A stretch of 64,000 nt of DNA, taken from NCBI RefSeq assembly GCF_964355755.1, contig NC_092671.1, positions 1,798,001 to 1,862,000 of the forward strand, in the 5' to 3' direction. Below the pieces are notes generated by a model that saw only the letters and a program-made list of their open reading frames with translations, did no database searches and was not told the DNA's origin. The translations under genes and the position numbers were made by a program. The stretch's first letter is position 1. Each line of letters begins with the position of its first letter. The stretch is from Antedon mediterranea (Eukaryota; Animalia; Echinodermata). This document shows positions 36,220-50,500 of the stretch, in pieces.

Positions 36220-38593
36220 CTACTTGGTGATTGACAGGATTTTTATTTTGTCAGTGGCACACATAATCTTCTTTAGTGGTGCAACAAAAAAAAACAAAAA
36301 AAACAATGAGGTAAAAAAGAAAAGCAAATCATTTACATACACTAATTACAAAAAAAAGAAATAACAATATATCCAATATATAGATTAATAAAATAAAGAA
36401 ATCATGGAGGTAATTTTGTACAAAAATGTAATTAAAATTCAGTTTAGTGCATTACTGGAGCATGTGCAGTTTACAATTCAGTTCAAATGGTAATATAATC
36501 TAAAGTGCTAGCAGGTGTATAGTATTGTGAACATTAATGCATACATTATAATTACAAACAGGCCTGCTGCAAAAAGGAAATAAGAAAGACAAATTATAAA
36601 ATTAGGAGGTAATTGTATTATTTTGATTTGGTTGGGTAAAGTATACTGGTTAAAGTGCACAGATAGGTCAGTAAAGTTCCAATTAGTCTATATATTATTA
36701 TTGATACGTACTTACAGATTTACTTCTTTGCATGCATTTCTCCTAGTTTCTCTCCAAAACTCATTTACTCAAAAGTACGATTTTATTATTTAATGCTCTT
36801 TTAGTATCAAAAGAGAGCAGCAATTATTGTTGTGGAGATAATAGGCCTACTGTAGCAACTATAATTATACAATAAATTATACAATGTACAGTATTGTGAT
36901 AAACCCAAGCCAGACTGAACAAGGACCAAAGGTCTATGGTATACCCATGGACAATTTCTCCATGGGTATACCATAGAATAAATGAAGGTGTAAATATGAT
37001 TATTTACGTTTTCTTCCTCTATGATTAGGCTGCGAATCAACCACCTCCATTCAAATAATAAAATAGGGCCTTAACCTTTATATTTTTAATGGGTAGTTCC
37101 AGGTTTAACATTTCTGATTGTTATAAAATATAATTACCTTTTTGCAACAGCATTGATACACATTGATCAGTGTAGAAGCAGCATTGTTTTAAAAAGGTCG
37201 TGACTTTTTCATGATTGTTACAAGACCTAAACTAAGAATTGTTTATGACTAGGATTTTCCTATGTGAAATTGAAAAATTGTCATAAAGGAAATTTAAGGT
37301 CAATTTAGGTTAATTTTCTATCTTTACTACAATAAAAACAACAAAAAAAAAAAAATTGTTAAAATGAATATATGGTGAGTGAAATCACAGTTTTATTATC
37401 TAATATAGATTATTTTCTATGTCTGTTTTAATCAAGAACTATAGTAGCTATATTAAGATACATATTTTACCCTCCAGTTATTATTATTATATTATTATTG
37501 TATTAGTTTTAGGCATTTCAGGTAGTCTCAAATAGTTTGAGGCATATCTACCACCAATTCAATGTGAAGTCACTGTAGTTGAATCAATCACTTTAAACAA
37601 AAATTTCCCAATTATTTTTTTTCTTTAGTATTTTTATTATGTGTGGATTATACAAACTTTCAAGAAATCCCAATTATTATGTTAATACCATTATAATTCA
37701 TTACATATCATAATTATAACCATTATTTTATCACCATTAATTAACCATTGTCATAATTACATATTAGAATACATTTTCAACAAATTACAACTTTAAAAAT
37801 GATGTAAAATTATTATTTCATAATTTTACAGTAAAGTTACTGATAATAAAAATAAGAAAAATGTATAAAAATATACAAAATAGAAATATATTTTCTGTGT
37901 TTCATTATTAGTATATTCAATAAAAATAAGTCTTAGTGGATGAAAGGAAGAAATGAGTACATTTATGAAACAAATCACAAACATGCAAACAAAATAGTGG
38001 ACCAAGGAAAAAGAAAACACCTTTAAAATTTACATTAAAAATTGAATGTGCATCTGTATAATATACGTGTAATAATTAATGCATTGTAAAATCTTTGGAT
38101 ATTTTAGTTAAAATCTAAATGATGATAACAAAATAATAAATTTTTTATCTAAAGTAGTTTTATTAAGATTTTAACCTGCTTGTTAGTGGCAATGATTTAC
38201 TGTTTAATAAATAAAATAAAAAATAAAAAAATAAAATTTAAATTAAAATGTAGTTTATTATTACAATTTACATTTATGAAGATCCAAAAGTTTATAAAGA
38301 TTTTACAAAGCCAAAATTTACATTTAAGATATTAAAATGACGACTGTAACAATATTTATGACTTTTAACAACAACTACATATATCTATATAATGTTAATC
38401 TTTGTTATTAAAAATACTTGACTACAAAAATAATCACTGCAGAACTACAGAATTATTAGCTCTTTTTTCTTTTTGACTTAAAGTCAGGTTTGCAATACAC
38501 CATGTGTTTCCAAAGTATGGTTGAGAATGTCTTGATGTTTCTTCTTTACTTGTCAGATGTTTCTTGATGTTGATAGCCTTGCTACATTCAAAC

Positions 38594-41500
38594 TTACGGT
38601 TTGAAATCTGATGCATGATCAACAAGGCATTTATTTTGCCTGTACATTTGTAGTAATTCCTTCCACTTGGGGTGAGTTTGAAGCAAGTACTGGTTCCCTG
38701 TAAAGAAAACAAAATGTCGTGAGGTAAACCACCAGTGTACTTTTTGTCAATAATTCTTATTTCTAATTCTCTCTTTAATCTTTTTAAAAACTGCCAAAAC
38801 ATAATGTTAGTATTTGTCCCTTCTTCAGCCTATGGTAGTTATGTCTTCCTATACAAGAATTACTTTTGTAAATGAAAAAGGAGCCCAAAACCAAAATTGG
38901 AGAGCTAACTTCTTTCATAGTACTTACCTATAAGAATGAATCCTTTCTTGGCCCTGGTCAGTGCCACATTCATTTGGTTTTCATCAGCTATAAAACCTAA
39001 ATTCATCTTCATCCATCGAATACTTGGTCTCTTTTCAATCTCAACTCTTGGTAATGAACGTACAGTTGACATGATTACGTAATCACATTCACTTCCTAGT
39101 GGATGGAAAATAAATTTGTTTAATGCCAAAAAAAAAAAATTCATAGTATCACAAATTGCGATTTGTAGTTTTGTTTTGAAAAACTAAACACATTATGTGA
39201 ATAAATATCAAACTATCTAAATAAATCTTTTTCGTAATTTGTTTCATCAGATTTTTGATTCCCATATTAGAAAAGTACACATGAAAGTAATCTGGCCACA
39301 GAAGTAAATATGTCTGTTACTAATTCTGTCTGTTCATGTCTAACAAGTTCATGTACATATATCAGAAATGAATTGACCTTGACTGAGTACCACAGTTGAT
39401 ACTTGAACCTCCTCTATTCCACACACTTTCAGATCATCTCTGATTCGTTGACATTGCAAGCGATACTGCGATAGTATCAAAATATCTTTAGGTTTCACTC
39501 CCTTGTCCAGCAGTTTACAAGCAATTCTCACCTACATAACATTTTAATTGACAACATTTAGTATTAAAAGTACAATTTGTATCATAACAGTAATAGTTGT
39601 ACAAAGATTTAGGCCTAAAACTAAATGGTCACTGATCACAAAGCCCATATGTAACAATTAATGCAAACTTTTATAAACACCACACCCATCAACCACCTCC
39701 TCCTGTATACATCAAAGTAGATTACTAACCACATGATACACTTCTTGTGGGTTGCTTTTACTTTGTTCACCTCCCTCTGAGCTGTTAACAGTCAATGTCT
39801 CCTCTTTTCCATACACATGGCAGAACACGGTTGGACAACTGGAACCAGCTGGCCAAAAATTTGTTTCCCAGTTTTTAATTTTGCGATTTTTAACAGAATC
39901 GTCTGTCACCAATTTTTTCTCATAGAAAGCGTTTGATGGAAACTCACAGATCTTTTGGTGCTAAAAGAAATGAAAAAATTAAATGTGAGTAAACACTATA
40001 TAAAACAGACTGGCAGCTCTTGCAATATAGGTGCCTCACTAGTAATAAAAATACTTTTACTTTCAGTTTTTTATTTATATATTTTTTATGTAAATATAAA
40101 TTAAAATAGTAGAGATATACCATTCTGTACTGTATAGTTAACATCATTGTCTTTGCCTCATAACGCTCTAGTAGAGATATACCCATACCTAAATCCTCTG
40201 CATGCTTCTCTTTAATGATTGGTCTGAAAATTAACACAATTATATTATGTAAATAAAATCCAATACTTAAGACATGAAATTTGGCGGAGGGGGTTGGGGG
40301 AAGGTTTATAGACAAAGCGATTCCAGTTTCAGTCATTCGCTTTCATTCTTACCTCAACTGTTTGTGATCTCCAATAAGTACAACTTGGTAAGGTGAACAC
40401 ATAACAAGAGGGATAAGAGACTCAGGTTCACTACACATCCCTGCTTCATCTATGATACACTGTATAATACTGCAGTATTCTGGGATGAATTTTGAACCAG
40501 CTGAAGTGCAAGTTGCTAAGATGATTTTATATTTCTTAAGTTCTTCTTCCTGTAATTATTAAGAAGATTCCAATGTTAAAGGTCATTTTTGTTTGTTTTA
40601 CCAAAGAGAACGTGTAGCACAGTGAACGTTAGACTTCTGATTGCGAGATCAGGAGTTTTAGTGCTTGTAGCATCGCTTGTGCCCTTCTTAGCAAAGACGG
40701 TTTAAATTTAAATTTACCTTTGCTGAATTTATCAGTTGATGATATGATTTTCTTTTTTTTTTAGGAATGACATCACCTGGTATCAGTTGTCGAAAATCTC
40801 GATCAAACTTGCATATTTCGGCACTCTTAGAATTGTCACCGGTCCTGATGAGATAGTGTAATGCAATGTTGACATGGTCAGGGTCAGTAGAGGTCAGTAT
40901 ATCAGCTTTTTTCCCAACGTTTTTCTCCCATGGCAACGGAAAATCTTTCTTCTCAATAGTTTCACTGTAAACTCGAACAATAGATAATCCTGGAAACTTT
41001 TTTAAATAACCTAATAATAAAACAAACATTTACTCTGGTGAATTGTGAGCAGTAAGATTCATAACATACTCCATGAATGCACTGAATTTATATACATGAC
41101 CAACAGCGTTCTAAGGACAAGGCAATAAGAAGAAAACTGCTTGCTTCTAACAGGCCACAAACAAAACTATACAGTGGTGGTCTTTGTCTCTATGTCTGAT
41201 TTTCAAAGTATTATATAATCAAATTATTAATTACATCATCAGTTAAAAAAGATTACCTGCAACAACATCAACAGACTTGTTAGATGGGCCGCAGTAGAGC
41301 ACCTGTGGCTGCCCTTTGCCAGTAGGTTGTATTTGTGTGTTCATCTCTGAAAAATAGTATGCAAGTTGCGCTCCTGTCACAGATTTTCCAGTTCCTTAAA
41401 TAAAAATAAAATCTTTAAGCTCTTTTGAACACTCAAAAAGTTGACTTGATTAATTTAAAATGATTTCTGGTACAAAATGTTATGTTAATGTTGATAGGGT

Positions 41501-44500
41501 CAATGTGTGTAACAATGCAATGACATCCTACTTACCTGGCGGTCCCTGTATAAATGTAAATGGTTTTGCCAAAGCTGTCTTTATTGCCTTCTCTTGGACA
41601 TCATTTGGTGGTGGCAAATCTACACCTTTTATCTTCCCAACTTTTATTCTTTTTGCAATTTCAACAAGTCTATTATAAATTGAACCTAAAAAGAATAAAT
41701 ATGTCTTGTTGAAGATTAATTCAATTATTTTAAATTAGGAAATAGAATTTTAGATATTAATACAACACCATTTTTAAACAATAACATTAATACTCACTAT
41801 CTTCTTGTCCTCCCACCTTAAACTTTTTAAGAAGAACAATATCTCTGTTTAATGAAGATTTATTTTCACTTAGGCCTTTCACAGATCTTTCAAGACGTCT
41901 TTGAATAAATTAAACAATTGAAATACTGTAATTAATTGGTAAACATTCCTAAAAATGATTCACAAATAGACATTTTTCATCAAAACAGGTAAAAGGTATA
42001 CACTACAGTTATCCATGCTACCACTACTACTAATAATAATAATAACAACAATAATAATAATAATCAAAAGTTTATAATGTGCTAATTTCCAAATAAATGA
42101 TCGAAGGTGCATTGTATCCTGAACTTTGCTAACTACATGAGTTTTTAAATTAATTTTAAGTGAATCAAAAGTGGGATGAATGTTTGCAAAAAGGTGGGAG
42201 TTTGTTCCAAAGAGTGATGCAACAAAAAAAATGTGCGTTGAGGAACAAATAGCAATGATTTGTCAGAAGAGCAAAGGCGACGAGATGGAACATATCAAAG
42301 AATATATAAGATGGACGGACAAAAAATAGAGCTTTAAAAGTTCAAACAAGCATCATGAAGATAAACATTGTTTAATGAAGGTCAGTGATAATCTGGAGTG
42401 ATATGATGACGGCATGGTGTAAAGTGAATATACTTTCGAAGCACATACTATTTATGAAGGCAGTAATTTATTGTTCAAACTAACTTTTCTGATTCTCCTT
42501 GTGGTATGAGCTCAAGAATACAAAGTGGTTTCTTCTTTAGCTTTGTGGAGATGACACTATGTGGCAGTGTGGGGCTCTTTCCAATGCCAGACTGGTTTAA
42601 TCTTATTCCAATTTCCATCTGTACTTCTTTAACTTTGACATTTCTTATATAGCAATGGCCAACCCAAGTACACTTAACTTCAGAGCGATTCTGACTTAGA
42701 TTTTTGTGTGGTATGTCAATACCAGAATAGCGAACACATAAATAATCTGATGGATTAAATCTGAAATTCAATTTTATGAAATATATTAACTTCATATAAT
42801 CTCTTCAGGCATGTCAAGACATTTTAGTACTGCAAGTACAATATATATTATTTGGAACTTTTTGAATTGTAAAAAAATATAAATACCTTATACTTCGGTC
42901 CTCACAGAAATCAGTCGGTAGCTGAAACACACCATTGTAAATCTGTTTATCTGAAACAAATTTCCAATCGATTGATACATTTCGTATGATGAGGGTATCA
43001 TCTTCAGATACAGCATTTGATGCAGATTCCATTGATAGCACTGCCAACCAACGTTCCTGATATGTAGGTATGTCCTTTGCATCTCTGGGTTTCTTATTTG
43101 CTAACTGAGAGAAACATGTAACAGGATCAGAACGATGATCTAGACATATGTCCAGTTCAGGTGTCAAGTTGAAGAGTTGGATTTTAGGTTCAGGAATTCC
43201 TCGCTCAAATCCTGCCATAAGCTTAACTTCAACCATGTGCCCTAGATTGTATTCTCTTTCAAACTCCACAAAATGGTATCTGTTTCCATGCTGATCTAGT
43301 ATTTCAGATGTCAATTTTTTTTTCAACAGTTTTCCATTCTCACTTTTACCCATAGTTCTTTGGTTTTTTTCTTTAGTTTTAATTTCTTGGGAAGCAACAT
43401 ACATGGCAGCATGAATTTGATGGATATCGTCATCTTCAATTCCAGAAAGAATTTCTTGCCAATGAGTACTGTTAAAAGTAACAACAAAACGGTTTGCATC
43501 TAGTTCTCCTGCAGAGCTGTCCATCTTTGGTAGAACCTCAGTAGGTTTTGCTTTTGCATCATATATTCTTTGCTTCCACGTTACAATGATAGTATCATCA
43601 TTAGCTCCTGGTATTTTTGATGGCTTTAATTTGTTTAAGCCCACAGCATTGTCTGTAATTTGCATAAATCTAGGGAAGACAAAGCTAATGTTTTTATCAG
43701 ATGCTTGCTCCACAGTAGATAAACATGAAATTGATACCTCTTTCAACTGTAAAGCCTTCGTCAACAACTTTGTCCTTTTTTCAAAAGCTTTAGCATTTGA
43801 AGACTGAATTGAACAATTATAGCAGATGGAACTAATTTCTTCTTCAGTGTAAGGTATGTCTTGTTGGTTGATAGCTGCATCTATAAGGCGGTGTACAACT
43901 ATGTCAATGTAACGTCTTATGGGAGATGTAAAGTGAGTGTAGAAGTCAATCTCAAGGGAATGATGTGCCAGATCTCGACCATCGGAAATGCTTTGACCAG
44001 AACATTTGTAATCTGACTTCTCTTGTATCATGTAGTAGTGTGCCATCATCACTGAGAGCTTTGGGTGTTTAGTATCAGTACAAACAATCTGGATAATCTT
44101 CATCATTTCAGCAAGACTGGCATCTGAACCTTGCTTGATTTTATTTACAATTTCAACCAATTGGTTCCATTCACGTGTCTGCATTGTAATTGTGTTACTT
44201 TGTTCACCGCATTTACATACATTATCACAATTGCACTGTGAAGAATCAACATAGTCTTTAAACTTCCCTGCCATTTCTTTACTATTTCTAATATCAGGTA
44301 AGTGTTTGACTTGAAATTCCTGGAGCTTTTCAGGATCAGGTGAAAGTTGCCTCCTGAGTGGCACACATTGAGGAAATCTTTCCATCAAATACTCTGCAAC
44401 AGCTTTGTTTGCAAGAATCATGAATTCTTCAATCAGTGTCAGTGAATGTGCAAGAGGATATGACGCCTCTTCTTCATTTTCATCCTCATTGTATGAAAAT

Positions 44501-47500
44501 CTACCTTCTTTAAGGCGAGCTGCACGAGTCTTCTGAGCTAATTCATTCAGTTTATTAATTGCAGTTACAATAGATGGTTTTACATCATTATTTCCATTAT
44601 GAATGATGTCTTCTACTTCTTTGTACGTGAATTTTTGTCTGGAATGAATGACCGATTTCACTATTTTTGTGTCAGAATGTAGACCGTCGTTTCTTATGTC
44701 CATAAATATAGACATTGTTAATCTATCCTTTCCTGGAATTAAACTGCAGAAGTCATTACTAAGTCGTGATGGCAGCATGTTGATGGGAGCTGAAAGTGTT
44801 GGATAATATGTAGTGGCTCTCTTCTGTACCTCTTCATCAAGCATTGTTTTGTTTCCTACAAAATAGCTGACATCAGCGATATGAACGCCTACTTCATAAT
44901 GATTATCAGCAAGTCTATGTATGCTAAGTGCATCATCAATATCTTGACAACCCTTGGGGTCAATACTGAATGTTTCAGCTTTTCTGAAATCAGTTCTCTC
45001 TTTTATTTCATCTTCTGGAATTGTCCAATTTTCAGAAAACTTCCTGTCAAGTTCTTCACGAACTTTTTTCTTCCAAGTATCTCCAACATCATGTATAAGC
45101 TTTAGAATTTTAATCCCCTCTGCTTTGTTAGTGGCTGGTGGCAGCTCTTCTGTAACAAATCCCATTGGATACGTCATTTTATCGGGCCATTTCCAATAGC
45201 GTACTACAAACAGTTTATGAAGACGGTCCTTGTTGGTTACCACAACGTTGCGTTCTAAGTAAAATGGCTTATCACTGTTGACCTGTTTACTTAAGATGTA
45301 TATGTCTACAGTAACATCCTCACTCGGTGATTTGTTTTTGTCCTTTGTCTGTATGCAAAGTTTTGGAAAGTCTTTGTTTACAGGTACCATAAGGCTGTTA
45401 CTATGCTGATCTAGCATGCATACCAGTTTACGCAAATATGGGTTTGATGCTCTTTTCAAGACATGGACAACCCTACCATACATTTTGTCAGGCTTGTTTT
45501 CTGGTTTATCACTTAATTCATCAATTTCAACTTCTTCTAGAATTTCTTTATTCTCTTGCATTTCTATAATTACGTCATCATTGTTTAAAGCACGCCCTCT
45601 GTTATGCTTACTGATGATTGAAATATTCATTGGAATATCTTCCTCTAAAGTGGTAGCATATGTCTTTCCTTGAACATTAAGATGGAATTTGCATCTCTTG
45701 TATTTTTCTGGTTCTGATTCAAGCAGTGGTTCATATTTCTTGTCTTGATCTAATTCTTCGCTACTTATGTCGGTGTCTTCTGGATCATACTCTTCAAAGA
45801 ATTCAGAACCTTGAAGATTTGAATGGTCTTTTTCTGGAACAAATAACTTCTTAGCAATTTCTTCTAGCTCTTTTTTTTCATAAAGAGTGGTTCTTTGTTT
45901 TGTTAACTCAATATTTGCTTGTACATGATTTATGTCCTCACTTTCTTTGTCCAATTTCTGATTCGAGGGTTCATGACTTTTGGATTCTTTCAAATTTGAT
46001 AATGTTCTTTTTTTATTTCCAGAAAACAAGTCATCTGTTTCCATTACTTGCTTAACTTGTCTCCTAGGCTCTTTCAGAATTGAATCCTCAATTTTTTTCA
46101 TATCAATTTCTTCTTCATCTTCTGACTGCCAGTGTTCATTTTCGTCACCTTCTGGAACCTCCAAAAATAAGTTAAAATCACCAATGACAAAGTTTTCAAC
46201 TTCATCTACACCTACTGTGGATAAAAGCGGAAAATCCTCACTAGTCTGTCTTGTTGTTTTAACCTCTGCAGACTTCTTTCTCTTTGAAGCATCAACAGCT
46301 TTTTTTCTGACAGATGGGTTAAAGGGAGTAGCAAAGGGATTAAGTCCAATATTCATAGTCTTGGTGTTTCTACGTATTTGCTGAAGGTTTAAATTGCTTG
46401 GATGCAAACTTCTGTGTTGTTCACATTTGTGGAGGAACTTTTCCCACACTTTTGAACAATCACCAATAGAACACATGGTTATAGGATCCCCAACAACCAC
46501 CAGGAGCGATTTTGCTCTTGTAAACGCAGTGTTTAACAGCTTTTCATCAGAAAGAAATCCATAGTAAAATTCTGCACTTTCAACCGGATTACTATATTTG
46601 GCTGTGACATGTGTCCTTTCAAGTGTTGCTCTTGTTCGCACAACACTGATGAACAAGGCCCGAAATTCTTTACCTTTACAAAATAAATAATATATAATAT
46701 TGTAATAGAATAAAAGGAAATTTAACAGAATCATGTAGCATATGGTCTAGAATAGAATACCTTGTACATTTCTCACGCCTTCAACGTTCACATCGTGCAA
46801 CTTGCGTTTTCTGAGTTCTTGCCGAATTTCACGCACCTGAAATTATGTTAAATTTTATGTTAAATTATGTTTATCTGCATACATTCACCCCTGGTGATCA
46901 ATTAAAACCAAGTGGGATAGACGTACCTGTGATTTGTATGGTGTAACAACACCAATATCTTTCTTGTCTCCCCATTCTGGTGGCCAGTTGTGATAAAGAT
47001 CTGCCACTCGTATTCCAATCTCTACTACTTCATCTCTATTACAATATGATGTTTCTATGAAATGATCTTGGCCCCTGACTGCATAAAACGATAACGGGTA
47101 CATTGTTGGGTGTGATTGATGTTTATTCATTGAAAGTAGTTTGGTTTTGTAGAACGTTGTCGATACAAATGACAAAATTTCTTCACAAGTTCGGTAGTTT
47201 ATATGCAGAAATATTGTGTTTTTGTCACCCGTGATATTGTAATGATCATGTAGGCGTTTAAGAATAGATTTATCAAATCCACCGATGCGTGCCTCTTCGG
47301 AATAAACCTACAGAAATAATATTGTATTTTATACATATAAATTGGGAGACTTATGTAATAATAAATGTTGTATTACTGTTATTGGAAACATTTTGGGATG
47401 CTTTGGTTCTATCCCTCTATTTCAGGGCTCCTTGTTTAAGGTGACAACTTATTGTAATGATTTAATATGCATAGGCCTAACTCCTAAGCCCTCATGACAC

Positions 47501-50500
47501 AAAAGTGTTTTGTGTAAACACACCATTGTGAAACTTCTTTTTTTTAATTTATTTATAAATTACCTTTGGGCTCATTTGAATATGATCACCAGCAATTGCT
47601 ACACATGTCTTCCTCTCTGCCATTGCTAACGGCATGATAGCTTGAGTCTCTAATGCTTGACCCGCCTCATCAATTAGTATCTGTGTGAAATGGCCTTTCA
47701 AGTTCAGTCGTACTAAAGTCAAAGCCATATTAAGGGTACAGATGACAACTCGAGATCTCTTCACATCATTTCTAGTTGGTAGATTGATTGTGTTTGTGGT
47801 TTTGTCAATCAGACAATACTTCTTAACATCTGGATGTATGGTTTTAATGCGTCGTTCAGTTTGATACAAACGAAGTAGTGTTGGTTTGAGACCTCTACGT
47901 TTTGGGTAAGTTTTGATATAGTCATCTAAATGTTCAGTAATGTACAGATCTGCCCCACTAAGAAATAGAATAAAGACATTAAATAAAATGTCATACCATA
48001 CCCACCTCTATCATTTTAGCTGTTATATATATTAATTTTTATTACAAACCTATTGGACATGGTGCAAATCAAAACCTTGGTACCGTGTTTCAGGAGGATC
48101 TTCTTTACAGACTCTGCCATGGTTCTTGTTTTTCCTGTACCAAACGGACCATATATCACCAATGGTGGCTTGCTAATTGCTGTAGTTCCTGCCATACGCA
48201 TATACTCTATTGCTTGTTCTTGTTTCTCGTTGAGGACGTCAGTAGACAAACCAGGTGGAATAGCCAGTGTATATCCTTGTAATGGTAATACAGATTCCAT
48301 GTTTTCCAAGCTATCAATTGCATAGTGCATCTCACAGAAAAGTAAGCGGTCAACCTGGAACTGAACTTCGACATGTATTTTAGTTTTTGCTTCAAGTTTG
48401 AGATTTTCTACAAATTTTGCATTCAGCTTAACGTAGATATAATCTTTTGTATGACCATCGATTCCTTCATCAGATATGATTTTAAGTTCATAAGCTTCAT
48501 TTGATTCTGAATCAAATTTGCACAATACACTTTGTACAGACTCCATGATTAGCAGACTTGATTCAACGTCACAATTTAGAGTTTCTGTTAATTCTATTTT
48601 CCCATAGAGTTCACCATTTTGAGCAATAAACAGTTCAGTACCAGTATAAGATTCAACCGTGACATTATTTTCAATTTCCATCTCTGTTTTTGTCTTGAAC
48701 CTTCAATTAAGAAAACATGTTTTTTAGTATTCAAAATTGTATTCACTTACTAACTAGTTTACAGTATATTACATAAATTTCAAATTTTTTTTGCATATTT
48801 TGTCCTTCTGTAGTATTATTGTAATCGCTACGCTATTGCTTCGCATTGCTGACGCAATCGAGAGAGCTCCTTGAATAAAGAAAAATTGCGGTGGTTGGCG
48901 AATCACACAATCAACTTTTTCAGAATATCTAAGTTGTTTGCATGGACAATCTAGAAGCATTTCTTTGTATATCGAGTATTGCTGACAGGCATCATGACTG
49001 TAAACAGTTTAGTGATTATATTAATATGAGTAGCAGATAAGTATCTCTTGTCTGACCCTAATTTTCTCTTATTATTTCTGTCTTCATTAGTGTCCCTGAT
49101 CTAAAAATCTAAAAATCGTCTTGACAATAGTCAGCTACATACAGTCTGAACAGTTTGAACGAAATTGGGTGACTATACCTGTTAATCATTTTCATTCTAT
49201 CTCTTTCCTCCAAATTCACCATCTGGTGCATTCTATGTTTGTAATTCTCCTGAGTTAGCTCACTTTCATTCAAGTAATCAATATTTAGATTGGCACCAGG
49301 TGGCTTGTATTTCTTTAAGAGATCCTTGTCACATGGACTAGGTTGAGTTGATGTGACTATCTCTGTATTACTTGTGTCCCAAATAATGATGGACTGACGT
49401 TCACTCAACTGCTTCATGTATTCTTCTTTTGCACCGACATGAACATTAAGTTTTCGAACCATAACTGGCTTCTTCCCAAAATCAAAGACAACCCATTGAT
49501 GGAAGCTTCCAAGCTTGTTGCTGGCGAAATGTACATCTATGCTGTATGTACTGAATGTACCTTCCTTTATAATCATATTTCCAGGGCAAACCTGGGGTTT
49601 ATCTTCATGTTTTGGTTGTGACAAAAAAAAGTGAAAGCGATGTTCATCGTATAGTAAGCTAACACGTTTTAGTCTTTCTACCTAAAGATTTAGTAATAAG
49701 ACATATGTTTTTAGCCATATTATATTTCATTTAATATTTCTTTTTTTTTCATTTTTTAAGTTTCGAAATATTAAGACCAAAGCCAACGAAAGTAAGCATT
49801 TTAAATTGAATAACATTGATATTGTTTGAGCCCTTGAAAACACTATTAAGCAATTCCCTTTAAAATTTGAAATCGAGCACACTGCTACTGTGTAATCTTG
49901 AAATTAAGAAACCTTCACTTACACCTCCAATACACTCCACTTGAAACCTCCCGCAGTCTTTAAATACGTTGTCAGACTTTCTTTCAAGCTCATCAATAAA
50001 ACAGTCATGTTCTGTATCACAGTAAATCCGAATATTTGGTAATTCCTTTTCAGTCATCTAAAAAAATTGAGTAGTGTAGGTTACACTCATTATATTAATT
50101 AATGAACCTGCTTAGAACAAAGACTATATATACTATATATGCAGATAGTGATCTTGTTAATAAAAGACCAAGTACTCAACATTTAATTTTTATTGTTTAC
50201 ATGTATAATTTTCTTCAATCAATTGGCAAGTCATATATTGACTAGTTTATTGGGTCTAGTATTATCATATAAGTAGTTTAGAGGCCGTGACTACTCAATA
50301 TGGTAGTCAAATCTTGAATACTAGGTCCCCTTAATTATTGCTTACTTAATTTCAAGTACAGTATATTACTATAATAATATGTTTGTAATTTTCTTACCAC
50401 TTTGACGCTGGAAGTTGCTGAGTTGTACTCAATCATGAGTTGATCCATGAATAAGAAGAGTTTACCCAGCTTGGCTTTTTCTCTTTTCATCAGTCGATAT

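Noticed and set aside
38434-38802. ORF 38434-38802 as the last exon product of gene C
   Set aside because: Wrong frame; the spliced frame reads GNQYLLQTHPKWKELL...DFKP* and stops at 38594, as in gene D
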